A stretch of 64,000 nucleotides of DNA, taken from positions 11,022 to 75,021 of the forward strand of contig CAWAGT010000014.1 of the NCBI GenBank assembly GCA_963781625.1, in the 5' to 3' direction. Below, piece by piece: positions 1 through 8,539 of the stretch (positions are counted from its first letter, which is position 1; each line of letters starts with the position of its first letter). The DNA is from an uncultured Chloroflexia bacterium. GTDB taxonomy: Bacteria > Chloroflexota > Anaerolineae > Anaerolineales > Villigracilaceae. Below the pieces are notes generated by a model, which was not told the origin of the DNA, searched no databases, and saw nothing but the letters and a program-made list of their open reading frames with translations. Made by a program: the position numbers and the translations under genes.

Positions 1-19
1 TCGGTCCGCTTTTGCTCAT

Positions 20-364
20 TTGCCATCACAAATGCTCGAAAAAATGGCCGTACTATACATCGATGTGAGTTGGGAAGAGTCCCTGCGGAAGAACCGTAAG
101 CGCTTTAATCCCGACAAACCCGATAGTATCCTCGAACACGGCATGGACGATTGGAAAATGGAACGTCTGTATAAGGACGTGGATTGGAGTGAGGTCAGTA
201 AAGATGATCCACAGTACCTGACCATTCAAGGTGTTCGCGTTCCCTATGTCATATTTGATAACGCAGATGATGTAACCACGCAGCGCGGCGCTGCCTTGGG
301 CGAAAGGTTGGAGCAGGCGTTGAAGAAATTGTGGACTTTTTACAAAGAACGAGTAAGGAATTGA
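20..364 (+). CDS. hypothetical protein, possibly 5'-truncated by the window edge
   Basis: 114-codon ORF from TTG at 20. The frame has no stop back to nt 2. No family recognised. Confidence 0.35.
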   Translation: MPSQMLEKMAVLYIDVSWEESLRKNRKRFNPDKPDSILEHGMDDWKMERLYKDVDWSEVSKDDPQYLTIQGVRVPYVIFDNADDVTTQRGAALGERLEQALKKLWTFYKERVRN

Positions 365-482
365 GAAGGATGTCGTCGCGAAGAGCTGCCGGTCGAGTGC
401 GCTGAGCAGAGCGATGCACGTATCGAGGCCAACGCGCTGCAGGAGTTGACCCGCACCGCCTTCGGCCCTTCCTCCATGAGAT

Positions 483-548
483 AAGGTGACAGTCACTTTT
501 GCAGAGCATCCCGGAATGGGATGAGTGAGACAAAGTGACTGTCACCTT
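483..548. repeat. 17-bp perfect inverted repeat with a 32-nt spacer; each arm carries a GTGAC-N-GTCAC palindrome
   Basis: 483-499 AAGGTGACAGTCACTTT is the reverse complement of 532-548 AAAGTGACTGTCACCTT. Read directly from the sequence. Confidence 0.8.
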
Positions 549-713
549 TGAGACTCCCCAACCTGCCAGGACGGCTGCTTCCCAACATCTTTGTAAACGC
601 AAAGGATTCATCCCTGATCGGCACCACAATAGCACTAAATCGGCAGAATATAGGACGAATACAGCTTGCCCATAGGCATCCCGAGCTCACTCCCTGGATA
701 AAAGGAAGGTAGG

Positions 714-1025
714 ATGGCAAAGGCCACACTCTCCCCGATGGTGGCAGTTCTACGCGGCAGGCTGGGCGATTACGTTTTCCGTCGCAGCCCGGACGGCCAA
801 TTGATCCTGAGCAAAGTGCCGGACATGTCCGGGGTGAAGTGGAGCAAGGCCCAGCAGGCTTATCGTCAACGCTTCAAACGGGCCATCACCTATGCCAAGG
901 CGGCGATGGCTGACCCGAAAGTACACGCGATCTATAAAAAGATGGCCGCCAAAAAGAACAAACATCCCTTCCGCATGGCCGTTTCGGATTACATCAAAGG
1001 CAATGACCTGTTTGCGCAGAAGTGA
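714..1025 (+). CDS. hypothetical small basic protein
   Basis: 103-aa ORF with GGAAGG upstream of the ATG. It is followed by a strong terminator. No family recognised. Confidence 0.5.
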   Translation: MAKATLSPMVAVLRGRLGDYVFRRSPDGQLILSKVPDMSGVKWSKAQQAYRQRFKRAITYAKAAMADPKVHAIYKKMAAKKNKHPFRMAVSDYIKGNDLFAQK

Positions 1026-1037
1026 AAGCACGAATCA

Positions 1038-1082
1038 ACCAGATAAAAAGAGCCAGCGCTTTGCTGGCTCTTTTTATCTGGT
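1038..1082. terminator. bidirectional rho-independent terminator between the 714-1025 gene and ssb
   Basis: About 21-bp perfect palindrome AACCAGATAAAAAGAGCCAGC / GCTGGCTCTTTTTATCTGGTT, with an A-run before and a T-run after. Confidence 0.7.
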
Positions 1083-1095
1083 TATTCAATTTTTC

Positions 1096-1479
1096 TCAGG
1101 CAGCGTAGGCCTCCACCTCTTCCTCACCCTGGGCGCTGCGTTCCCCGGCCGGTCGCCCATCCAGGAACTCCAGGGAGGAGGCGATTACTTTCGTGAAATA
1201 TCTTGGCTCCCCATTCACTTCATATTTATTGGTTTTCATCCGGCCTTCCAGATAGAGCAGGCTGCCTTTACGCAGGTAGCCCTGGCAGGTCTCGGCCAGG
1301 CGTCCCCAGGCTTCCACTTGCACCCATTCGGTATATTCCCTGGGCTCGCCGTCTTCGCCATTCCATTGGTTATTGACAGCCAACGTGAACTGGGTCACCT
1401 TCTTGCCTGTGGGGGTGAAGTGACTATCGGGGTCTCGCCCTAATCTGCCGATAAGTTGGACGCGGTTTAGAGCTGGCAT
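1096..1479 (-). CDS. ssb: single-stranded DNA-binding protein
   Basis: N-terminal OB-fold signature MPALNRVQLIGRLGRDPD...TEWVQVEAWGRLAE and an acidic C-terminal tail. Confidence 0.9.
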   Translation of the reverse strand: MPALNRVQLIGRLGRDPDSHFTPTGKKVTQFTLAVNNQWNGEDGEPREYTEWVQVEAWGRLAETCQGYLRKGSLLYLEGRMKTNKYEVNGEPRYFTKVIASSLEFLDGRPAGERSAQGEEEVEAYAA

Positions 1480-1595
1480 AACTCCCTCCTTTCGTTGCCT
1501 TCCGTGAAACTGTGACTTTTAGAGGACATGTGTACGTGTAACATATTTAAACTCCTTTTTTTCTCTAAAAGGGCTATTGAATTGTAAGGTGATTA

Positions 1596-1619
1596 TAGCA
1601 CAAATTTTCTATACGTCAA
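1596..1619 (+). promoter_or_regulatory. conserved motif TAGCACAAATTTTCTA(N)GTCAA, copy 1
   Basis: Near-identical to 2104-2129, which lies directly upstream of panC. Function unknown. Confidence 0.2.
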
Positions 1620-1648
1620 CGCAACCAGAGTACTAGAGGACAAAGGCA

Positions 1649-1683
1649 GAGCCGGACATGGAAATGTCCGGCTCCGTTCTTTT
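1649..1683 (+). terminator. rho-independent terminator oriented for the plus strand, with no plus-strand CDS upstream
   Basis: 11-bp perfect stem GAGCCGGACAT / ATGTCCGGCTC with a GGAA loop, followed by CGTTCTTTT. Confidence 0.5.
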
Positions 1684-1822
1684 ACCCTACATTACTCGAT
1701 GAAGCCTGTACGCTAGCTCGTATAATGCCTCACCTGCATCTGTATCGATCTTCAAGTTACTGTAATGTCTTGCTTTTGTTTCCCCTAAAAGAGCGGTTGG
1801 GTGCCCCTGGCAGGGTTATACT

Positions 1823-2068
1823 TCACTCACCCGCCGGGCCTGCCATGGCGGGGGCCTCAGGCTCTGCGGCGCCTCCGCTCTTCTTGAGCACCGGCAGGCC
1901 GGTCTTCATTTCAGCCACTTCATAGCCTTCCGGCACGGCGTCAAGCGTGCCATCCTTGATTTCCTTCGAGAAGAAGAACAGGACGCGCTCCTTGCCGGTG
2001 GAAGTCATGGATTTCTTGGTATGCAGGTAGTAGGTCACACCTTTCGAGTTGGTAAATGCGTAAGCCAT
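1823..2068 (-). CDS. hypothetical small protein
   Basis: 81-aa ORF with AGGAGA-type RBS sequence upstream of the ATG. No family recognised. Confidence 0.4.
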   Translation of the reverse strand: MAYAFTNSKGVTYYLHTKKSMTSTGKERVLFFFSKEIKDGTLDAVPEGYEVAEMKTGLPVLKKSGGAAEPEAPAMAGPAGE

Positions 2069-2103
2069 TTTTTCTCCTTTTCTAACGAGTTGTCCCGTAA
2101 GTT

Positions 2104-2129
2104 TAGCACAGATTTTCTACCGATGTCAA
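2104..2129 (+). promoter_or_regulatory. conserved motif TAGCACAGATTTTCTA(N)GTCAA, copy 2, upstream of panC
   Basis: Shares 15 of 16 nt of the core with 1596-1611. Ends 15 nt before the panC start. Confidence 0.2.
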
Positions 2130-2144
2130 TCAGGAGTTTCGTGT

Positions 2145-2978
2145 ATGCAAAGCGTCTCTAGTCTGCCCGATCTGCGCTCCGCCCGCCTCTCTTTCTCAGG
2201 GACGGTGGGTCTGGTGCCAACCATGGGCTACCTGCACGAGGGGCATCTTTCCCTGATCCGCCGCGCCCGAGGAGAATGTGAGCACGTGGTCGTCTCGATC
2301 TTCGTCAACCCGACCCAGTTCGGTCCTCAGGAGGATCTCTCCAACTACCCGCGTGACCTGGAGCGCGACCTGAAGCTGATGGCTCCGCTCGGCGTAGACC
2401 TGGTTTGGACGCCCAGGGCTGAGGATATGTATCCGCCCGGCTACCAGACCTGGGTGGAGGTGGAAACGATGACCCTTCCCCTGGAGGGCGCACAACGTCC
2501 CGGTCACTTCCGCGGCGTGACCACGGTCGTTGCCAAGCTGTTCAATGGCGTTCAGCCGCATAAGGCTTACTTTGGTCAGAAGGATGCCCAGCAGGCGGCC
2601 GTTCTGCGCCAGATGACGCGCGACTTGAACTACCCCATCGAGATCGTGGTCTGCCCCATTGTGCGGGAACCGGACGGCCTGGCGCTGTCCAGCCGCAACG
2701 TCTACCTAAACCCGCAGCAGCGCCAGGCCGCCACGGTACTCTATCGTTCGCTCAGTGCGGCGCAAGAGGCTTACTCAAACGGTGAACGGAACGCCGAGAA
2801 ACTGCGCCAGATGATGAGGGAGGTGCTGGCCGCCGAGCCGCTGGCCCAGATGCAATACGTCTCCTGCGCGGACTACGACACGCTGGAGGAGTTGGATACC
2901 GTAACCGGGAAGACCCTGCTTTCGATGGCTGTGTTTTTGGGAAAGACACGCTTGATCGATAATTTCGTGGTGGAATAA
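2145..2978 (+). CDS. panC: pantoate--beta-alanine ligase
   Basis: PTMGYLHEGHLSLI (HIGH-type motif), FVNPTQF and GQKDAQQ motifs typical of PanC. Confidence 0.93.
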   Translation: MQSVSSLPDLRSARLSFSGTVGLVPTMGYLHEGHLSLIRRARGECEHVVVSIFVNPTQFGPQEDLSNYPRDLERDLKLMAPLGVDLVWTPRAEDMYPPGYQTWVEVETMTLPLEGAQRPGHFRGVTTVVAKLFNGVQPHKAYFGQKDAQQAAVLRQMTRDLNYPIEIVVCPIVREPDGLALSSRNVYLNPQQRQAATVLYRSLSAAQEAYSNGERNAEKLRQMMREVLAAEPLAQMQYVSCADYDTLEELDTVTGKTLLSMAVFLGKTRLIDNFVVE

Positions 2979-3054
2979 ACGTCCTCACAGCTTCCCATCT
3001 TCGCAAGGATTTATTTTAGAGTAAACCTTCCCTTTTCTTTGTGATTTTCCCCCG

Positions 3055-3318
3055 TTATACCTGCTCGAAGCGCTCCACCGGGACGACAAAAAGCGTGGCC
3101 CGTCTTTCTCCGGAAGGCAGGGGCGTCAATTTGGCACGGATCAATTCCAGGGCGGAATCGACCCGCTCATCCCGCACGCCCAACAACAGAGTCACCACCC
3201 CGCTGCGTAGAAATCCACCCGTCGAAGCCACGCGCGTTACACGGTATTTCTCAGAGGTAAGCGCCTGGGTAATTTCGTCAGCATCGTTGTCCTTGACGAT
3301 GAGAATAATCATTTTCAT
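3055..3318 (-). CDS. darA: PII-like cyclic-di-AMP receptor, DarA/PstA (YaaQ) family, short paralog
   Basis: MKMIILIVKD...YRVTRVASTGGFLRSG...ATLFVVPVERFEQV aligns by eye with B. subtilis YaaQ. AAGGAG RBS before the ATG at 3318. The track ORF start at 3375 is probably too long. Confidence 0.75.
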   Translation of the reverse strand: MKMIILIVKDNDADEITQALTSEKYRVTRVASTGGFLRSGVVTLLLGVRDERVDSALELIRAKLTPLPSGERRATLFVVPVERFEQV

Positions 3319-3352
3319 TGCAATAACTCCTTGGTGCGACAGACCCTCGTGG

Positions 3353-3691
3353 TTATAGCTCTTCGAAGCGTTCAACGGGCAAAGCGAAGACGGTGGCGCC
3401 TCCCACGGTCACGGGAACAGGCGTCGGCATGGGAAGAGGCGAACCTTCCAAAGGCAGAGTCATGTACTCGATGCGCTGACGACAGGATTCTTCCAACGAT
3501 TTGAGAGCCTCTTCTTCCTGCCCCGCACGTATCCCAATCAGCAGTGTGGCATTGTGTCGACCCAGGAACCCACCCGCACTGGCCAGAAGCACAACCGGCA
3601 GGCCACGCTGTTCGAGGGCCTGTGTGGCGATATCCATATCCTGTTCCTGCACAACGGCAAGCATCAACAAGTCGATCGAAATAGTTTCCAT
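3353..3691 (-). CDS. darA: PII-like cyclic-di-AMP receptor, DarA/PstA family, long paralog
   Basis: LLASAGGFLGRHNATLLIGI...VTVGGATVFALPVERFEEL. GGAG RBS before the ATG at 3691. Confidence 0.7.
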   Translation of the reverse strand: METISIDLLMLAVVQEQDMDIATQALEQRGLPVVLLASAGGFLGRHNATLLIGIRAGQEEEALKSLEESCRQRIEYMTLPLEGSPLPMPTPVPVTVGGATVFALPVERFEEL

Positions 3692-3710
3692 ACAATCTCC
3701 GGCAAGATCC

Positions 3711-5003
3711 TTAGAACCATCTATAAAGAATAGTATACAAGATACTGGCAATTGCACAAGTAGCCAGCATCACCGGCAGACCGCGTTGAATCCATAACCT
3801 GGAGGTGATGGGCGTGCGGGTCTTTTCGGAAAGTTTTGCGACAATGATGTTGGTGGTGGAACCAACGATCGTGCCGTTGCCGCCGAAGCCCGCACCAAAT
3901 GCCAGCGCCCACCAGAAGGGCGTAATATCCACGCCTGCCTGACCCAGCCCGCGGATGACCGGAATCAAAGCGATGGTGATCGGGATATTGTCCACAACGG
4001 CCGAGAGTCCGGCGACGATCCAGATGAGCAGCACGCCGAACAGGACCGGCTCGACGTTCGAGGCGCCTTGGAGCAAGCCGACAATTGTTTCCAGTACCCC
4101 GGCCGCACCCAGCCCTCCAACCATGATGAACAGCGAGGTAAAAAAGATGAGCACACTCCATTCGATTTTCTTTAACATTTCATCGAGGTCGGGTCTGACC
4201 CACAGCAGGGCGCAGGCTGACCCACCCAGCGCCACAAAGGCAGGGCTTACGTTCAACAAGTGATGGACAAAGAACAGGAGAATGGTAGCAGCCAGTACGA
4301 TCAGCACGCGCCGCACGGTGACAGGATGATTGAGCGTCTCATCAGGATTGAGTTTCATGATTGCTTTGACACTGCGTGGACGTTTGGAAAGCTCCTTTTT
4401 GAATAGACGGCGCAATATGAATAAGGCGCTTGCCCAGACTATGATGACGATGGGCAGGGCATAGATCAGAAAGTCGATGAAGGAAAAACCGGCCGCAGAG
4501 GCGATCAAGACGTTGGGCGGGTCGCCCACCAGGGTAGCCACGCCGCCTGTATTCGATAGAATAGCTTCCGCAATAAGAAATGGCAGAGGGCTGATGCCCA
4601 GAATTTCACTTATCAGGATGGTGACCGGCGCGATCAATACCACGGCAGTCACGTTGGGCAGGAACATGGAAAGCACCGTCGTGATGCTGCCCAGCATCAT
4701 GAATAAGAGCATTGGTTTTCCCTTCGAGGCGCGCGCGGCCGAAACCGCCAGATACTCGAAGAAGCCCGTCGGCTCGAGCATGGCGACCAGGATCATCATG
4801 CCAAACAATAATCCCAGCGTGTTGAAGTCAATGGCCTTCAGCGCGGCTTCTTCCGAATAAAACCCCAGGATCTTTCCCAGCGCGACCATGAGTGCCGCGC
4901 CGGCAATCGCGACAATGGAACGGTTGATCTTTTCCGAAAAGATCAACACCAGGCTTCCAAAAAAGATAATGCAGGACAGGATGGCACCGATGGCCATGTT
5001 CAA
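3711..5003 (-). CDS. ArsB/NhaD-superfamily (citrate-transporter-like) permease
   Basis: 430-aa polytopic membrane protein with VATLVGDPPNVLIA and GGNGTIVGSTTNI motifs. Its start overlaps the CBS gene stop. Confidence 0.75.
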   Translation of the reverse strand: MNMAIGAILSCIIFFGSLVLIFSEKINRSIVAIAGAALMVALGKILGFYSEEAALKAIDFNTLGLLFGMMILVAMLEPTGFFEYLAVSAARASKGKPMLLFMMLGSITTVLSMFLPNVTAVVLIAPVTILISEILGISPLPFLIAEAILSNTGGVATLVGDPPNVLIASAAGFSFIDFLIYALPIVIIVWASALFILRRLFKKELSKRPRSVKAIMKLNPDETLNHPVTVRRVLIVLAATILLFFVHHLLNVSPAFVALGGSACALLWVRPDLDEMLKKIEWSVLIFFTSLFIMVGGLGAAGVLETIVGLLQGASNVEPVLFGVLLIWIVAGLSAVVDNIPITIALIPVIRGLGQAGVDITPFWWALAFGAGFGGNGTIVGSTTNIIVAKLSEKTRTPITSRLWIQRGLPVMLATCAIASILYTILYRWF

Positions 5004-5458
5004 TCCGCTTTGTGCCAGGAGGCGAGAACGGCAATCCCGATATCCACGCGCGAAGCCAGTCCGGTCAATTTTCCATCTATGGAAACCACCGGGATATCCT
5101 GCAGGTTATGTTTCAACATCAAGGCGTAGGCGCGCAATAAGCCTGCGTCTTCTTCAACGCTGATGGCCGGCTCCATTAAGCTTTCAATCGATTTGTCGAG
5201 CACTTTTGCGGAAGGACGCGTGGTCTCCACTGCGCCGAAATCGTGAACAAAATCCACATCCTCGATAAAGCGTACAAAATCTGGTAATTCCAAGGAGAGC
5301 AGATTCCGTAAGCCAACCACGCCGACGAGCTTGTTATCCTGATCCACTATGGGCAGCAAGCCAATATGATTTTCTACAAATACGGAAGCAGCCTCCCGTA
5401 CTGTAGAGGTGACAGGGATGGAAATAACGTTGTGTTTCATGGACTTGCTGATGTTCAT
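5000..5458 (-). CDS. CBS-pair domain protein
   Basis: Two CBS repeats (VISIPVTSTVREAA...LLPIVDQDNKLVGVV and ...IPVVSIDGKLTGLASRVDI). Confidence 0.8.
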   Translation of the reverse strand: MNISKSMKHNVISIPVTSTVREAASVFVENHIGLLPIVDQDNKLVGVVGLRNLLSLELPDFVRFIEDVDFVHDFGAVETTRPSAKVLDKSIESLMEPAISVEEDAGLLRAYALMLKHNLQDIPVVSIDGKLTGLASRVDIGIAVLASWHKAD

Positions 5459-5480
5459 TGGCTCTCCTCATTTTTTCCGG

Positions 5481-7310
5481 TTAGCTCTGGGATGGCACCT
5501 GAAACCGTTCACGATATTCTGGCAACTCGATCATCGGCGGACGGTCACGCTCGGCGATCTCCTCAATTTCCAATTTGAAGTCTTTCTGTTCATAACGGAT
5601 CAGTTTCATGGTCTTGTTGACATTTTCCAGGAAGCTCTGTTTATGACGGGCCTCGAGCTTATGCATCACGGCTTGAATGATCGCAAAGGACATTTTGCTC
5701 AACGCTTCCAAGGGCTGGTTATGGTGGATACGTTCCTGCAGATCGGCCTGGGCAATGGCACTCAGGTTGAACTTTTCCAGCATATCAATTAACAGGCCAA
5801 TCTCCACACCATAGCCCGAGAAGAAACTTAACTGCTCCAGGGCGGAGCGAAGCCCGCCGTACTCCCCTGAAAGCGGCTGGATCACTCCGGAGAGCTCCGG
5901 GTAGAACAAGTTCAGCAGCGGGCGTGCGGTCAGTTCGGTCACTCGGCCACCGCCGCCTGCCTGAACTTTATCGCCCACCCTCAAGGGTCGTTGATAAAAA
6001 CCCTTGATGAATTGAATATCAGGACGAAGAAGCAGAGGGCCGATCAGCCCATAGACAAAGCGTGGATGGATGTTGACAATATCCGTATCGATCCAGATCA
6101 GAATATCCCCATGTGTGCAGTAGAGGCTTTTCCAGAGCGCCTCCCCTTTGCCTTTGCGTGAACCATAGCGGGGTAAGACATCCTGATGGATATAGACAGG
6201 GACGCCCAAACTTTCGGCGATTTCCCGCGTGCGGTCGCTGGAATTGAAATCAATCAACACGATTTCGTCCAACAGCGGGGCATCCACCACCAGCGCTTGC
6301 TTGATGGTTTTGATGACGTTTCCAACAGTCTTTTCTTCGTTGAGCGCAGGAAATGCCAGGCTGATGGTAAGTCCGCGTTCGCGTTTCAAACTCAGCAGGT
6401 AATCCAGATCTTCGAACTCATTGGCGTGAAAGGTGTTCTCAGCAAACCATTTATCAACCAGCACGGAGATGGCGGTTTGGCCGGCTTCTTCGCTTTCCAG
6501 GCTATATTGCAGTGGCTGCCGGGTTTTGACCACAAGCACCCCCAACTCACTCTGCATCATCATCTGTTCGGCGACCGGACCGATGAAAAGTGTTTCTTCT
6601 GCCAAACGCGCACTGGCGCCCATGACAATTAAATTAAACCGAGGTGACGCCTCTAGAATGACTTTGGCCGGGGTGTCCGTGACAATTTGCTGCTTCTTCA
6701 CTTGGGGGAGGTTTTTCAGCACGTGTTCTATACCGCGAAAAGCCGCATCTTGTTTGGAGAGGGGGTCAGTGGAGACCATATGAAGAGAGGTGACCTCAAT
6801 TTGATGGAAACGCTGCATGGATAAGGCAATCCGCAGCGAGAGCTCAGCGTGAGGGCCGCCGCGCATCGGGATCAAAACGCTTTGTGGGTTGGCCGCCACA
6901 TGTGAATTGACAATCGCAATATCGCAGGGAGGGTAAGTCAATACTTCCGTCGGTGTCGTCTTTAAAATCTCAAATTGACAGGGATACTCCAGGATCAAAA
7001 GGTCAGGCTCTTCTTTTTCTATGAATTTTGTCAACTCATTCCATGGTTGGTGGGCGGCATACACTTCCGCCCAGTGATGGACGCCATTGACATCAGATAG
7101 CCCTTTCAGCGTCCGGCGCACTTCACGAGCGTACAGAGCCGCGGTGCTGAGCAATTCGTCCTGCGGAACATATACCAGGCCCACCAGGGTGACATTTTCA
7201 TCGCCGGCGATGGCACGTGCGGCATTGATCGCAGAGGTCTGTTCACAGCCATATACGATCGGAACCAGCACTTTTTTAAAGAGTTTTTTCTTAAAGGAGA
7301 CTTCATACAA
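5481..7310 (-). CDS. gpgS: fusion protein: N-terminal tandem universal-stress-protein-like domains plus C-terminal glucosyl-3-phosphoglycerate synthase (GT81-type)
   Basis: The C-terminal half carries RKGKGEALWKSL, WIDTDI and GGGRVTELTARPLLNLFYPEL...QPLSGEYG motifs typical of GpgS/MpgS. The N-terminal ~290 aa look like two USP-like alpha/beta modules. Confidence 0.7.
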   Translation of the reverse strand: MYEVSFKKKLFKKVLVPIVYGCEQTSAINAARAIAGDENVTLVGLVYVPQDELLSTAALYAREVRRTLKGLSDVNGVHHWAEVYAAHQPWNELTKFIEKEEPDLLILEYPCQFEILKTTPTEVLTYPPCDIAIVNSHVAANPQSVLIPMRGGPHAELSLRIALSMQRFHQIEVTSLHMVSTDPLSKQDAAFRGIEHVLKNLPQVKKQQIVTDTPAKVILEASPRFNLIVMGASARLAEETLFIGPVAEQMMMQSELGVLVVKTRQPLQYSLESEEAGQTAISVLVDKWFAENTFHANEFEDLDYLLSLKRERGLTISLAFPALNEEKTVGNVIKTIKQALVVDAPLLDEIVLIDFNSSDRTREIAESLGVPVYIHQDVLPRYGSRKGKGEALWKSLYCTHGDILIWIDTDIVNIHPRFVYGLIGPLLLRPDIQFIKGFYQRPLRVGDKVQAGGGGRVTELTARPLLNLFYPELSGVIQPLSGEYGGLRSALEQLSFFSGYGVEIGLLIDMLEKFNLSAIAQADLQERIHHNQPLEALSKMSFAIIQAVMHKLEARHKQSFLENVNKTMKLIRYEQKDFKLEIEEIAERDRPPMIELPEYRERFQVPSQS

Positions 7311-7324
7311 CCTCCTGATGATTC

Positions 7325-8539
7325 CTACATGAGAAGTGGTGCAATATTTTGCTGGTAAATACGCTCCCAGGTATATTGTCCGCGCACCAGTGCGCGCATT
7401 TGAAAGACGGAACTTGAAGCAAGTTGCTCTGCAATGACCATTGCCAGGTCATCGGGGTTGGCATCCGGCGAAAAAAAAGTGGCGTGTGCATCCCCCAGGC
7501 TTCGTAATGGCGGGATATCTGCACAGAAAATCGGCAGGTTCGCGAACCCGGCCTCCAAAACGGGAATGCCAAATCCCTCTTCACGGCTGGGCAGAATGAG
7601 TGCATCGGCCAGATGATAGAAATCCGAGATGACTTCATCAGGGACATAGTCCTTGGTCAACTCGGCCAGAAAGCAGATCGCATTCTCCACGCCCAGTTCT
7701 TTACGTAAAGCGATTAACTTCTCGAAGTATTTAACATTGGCAGGGTTGTGCGGCCCAAGCGGACCGGTGACGACCAATTTCGCCTGTGGAAAATCTCGCT
7801 TCAAACTCGCACAAACCCGTAGGGCCAGTTCAATATTTTTTCTTGTGGTAATGCGCACAGGTAGCAACAGCAACGGAGAGGCGTGCAGCAGATCCAGAGG
7901 TTGCACATAGTTGCGTGTTTGTTTTTCGAGTTTATGAAACCGCGCCACGTCCACGCCGTTGGGTACCACGGTAACGGCCTCTTCATCGATTTGAAACAGT
8001 TCGGCCAGTTCATGCCGACGCATCTCAGAGATCGTCACCTGTTTTACACCTCTCCAGGCCTGCCTGAGCAAGTCCCATGGATAGCCATCATATAGCTCAT
8101 CCCGATAACGCGGCGTTGTCCATGCCAGATCATGATGCCATAAAATGACGCGCAGATGATCATAACTTGTCAGGCTATGGACGGCAGCGGTCAGCGCAAG
8201 GTTCTTGTTCAGCGAACAGGCGTTATGAACAATAAGCGTATCTACATCACTCAAAATTCTACTGAGGTCCACAGTCAGTGACTCGACCAGCCCTGCGAAC
8301 TCAGGCGGGATGCGCCCGGCATCCAGGTCAGCCTTGATGGCCAGTACCTCCGGATGACGAGAGTCGGCTGTGGGAAGATGAACAAAAGGAATACGTGGAT
8401 CAACTTGCTCTCCTCGTCCTGCCACGATCCGGACCTGATGACCGGCATCAGCCATCAGGCGGGCATGATGCCCCAGGACGCTTTCAACGCCTCCGACCAC
8501 CGGCGGGGCCGAGTAATGCAGAAGAGCCACCTCGCTCAT
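7325..8539 (-). CDS. GT4-family (GT-B) glycosyltransferase
   Basis: N-terminal PPVVGGVESVL and C-terminal LILPSREEGFGIPVLEA (E-x7-E-like) motifs. Ends with TAG. Confidence 0.8.
   Translation of the reverse strand: MSEVALLHYSAPPVVGGVESVLGHHARLMADAGHQVRIVAGRGEQVDPRIPFVHLPTADSRHPEVLAIKADLDAGRIPPEFAGLVESLTVDLSRILSDVDTLIVHNACSLNKNLALTAAVHSLTSYDHLRVILWHHDLAWTTPRYRDELYDGYPWDLLRQAWRGVKQVTISEMRRHELAELFQIDEEAVTVVPNGVDVARFHKLEKQTRNYVQPLDLLHASPLLLLPVRITTRKNIELALRVCASLKRDFPQAKLVVTGPLGPHNPANVKYFEKLIALRKELGVENAICFLAELTKDYVPDEVISDFYHLADALILPSREEGFGIPVLEAGFANLPIFCADIPPLRSLGDAHATFFSPDANPDDLAMVIAEQLASSSVFQMRALVRGQYTWERIYQQNIAPLLM

Noticed and set aside
362-505. In-frame TGA at 362-364 followed by about 45 open codons (..RVRN-TGA-EGCRREELPVECAEQ..), giving a U-x-x-C-like motif. 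Considered as a selenocysteine site.
   Set aside because: I could not find a convincing SECIS-type hairpin at the canonical short distance after the TGA. The protein has no recognisable redox fold. An open 45-codon stretch in GC-rich DNA is not unusual. It could also be one more nonsense or artefact site.
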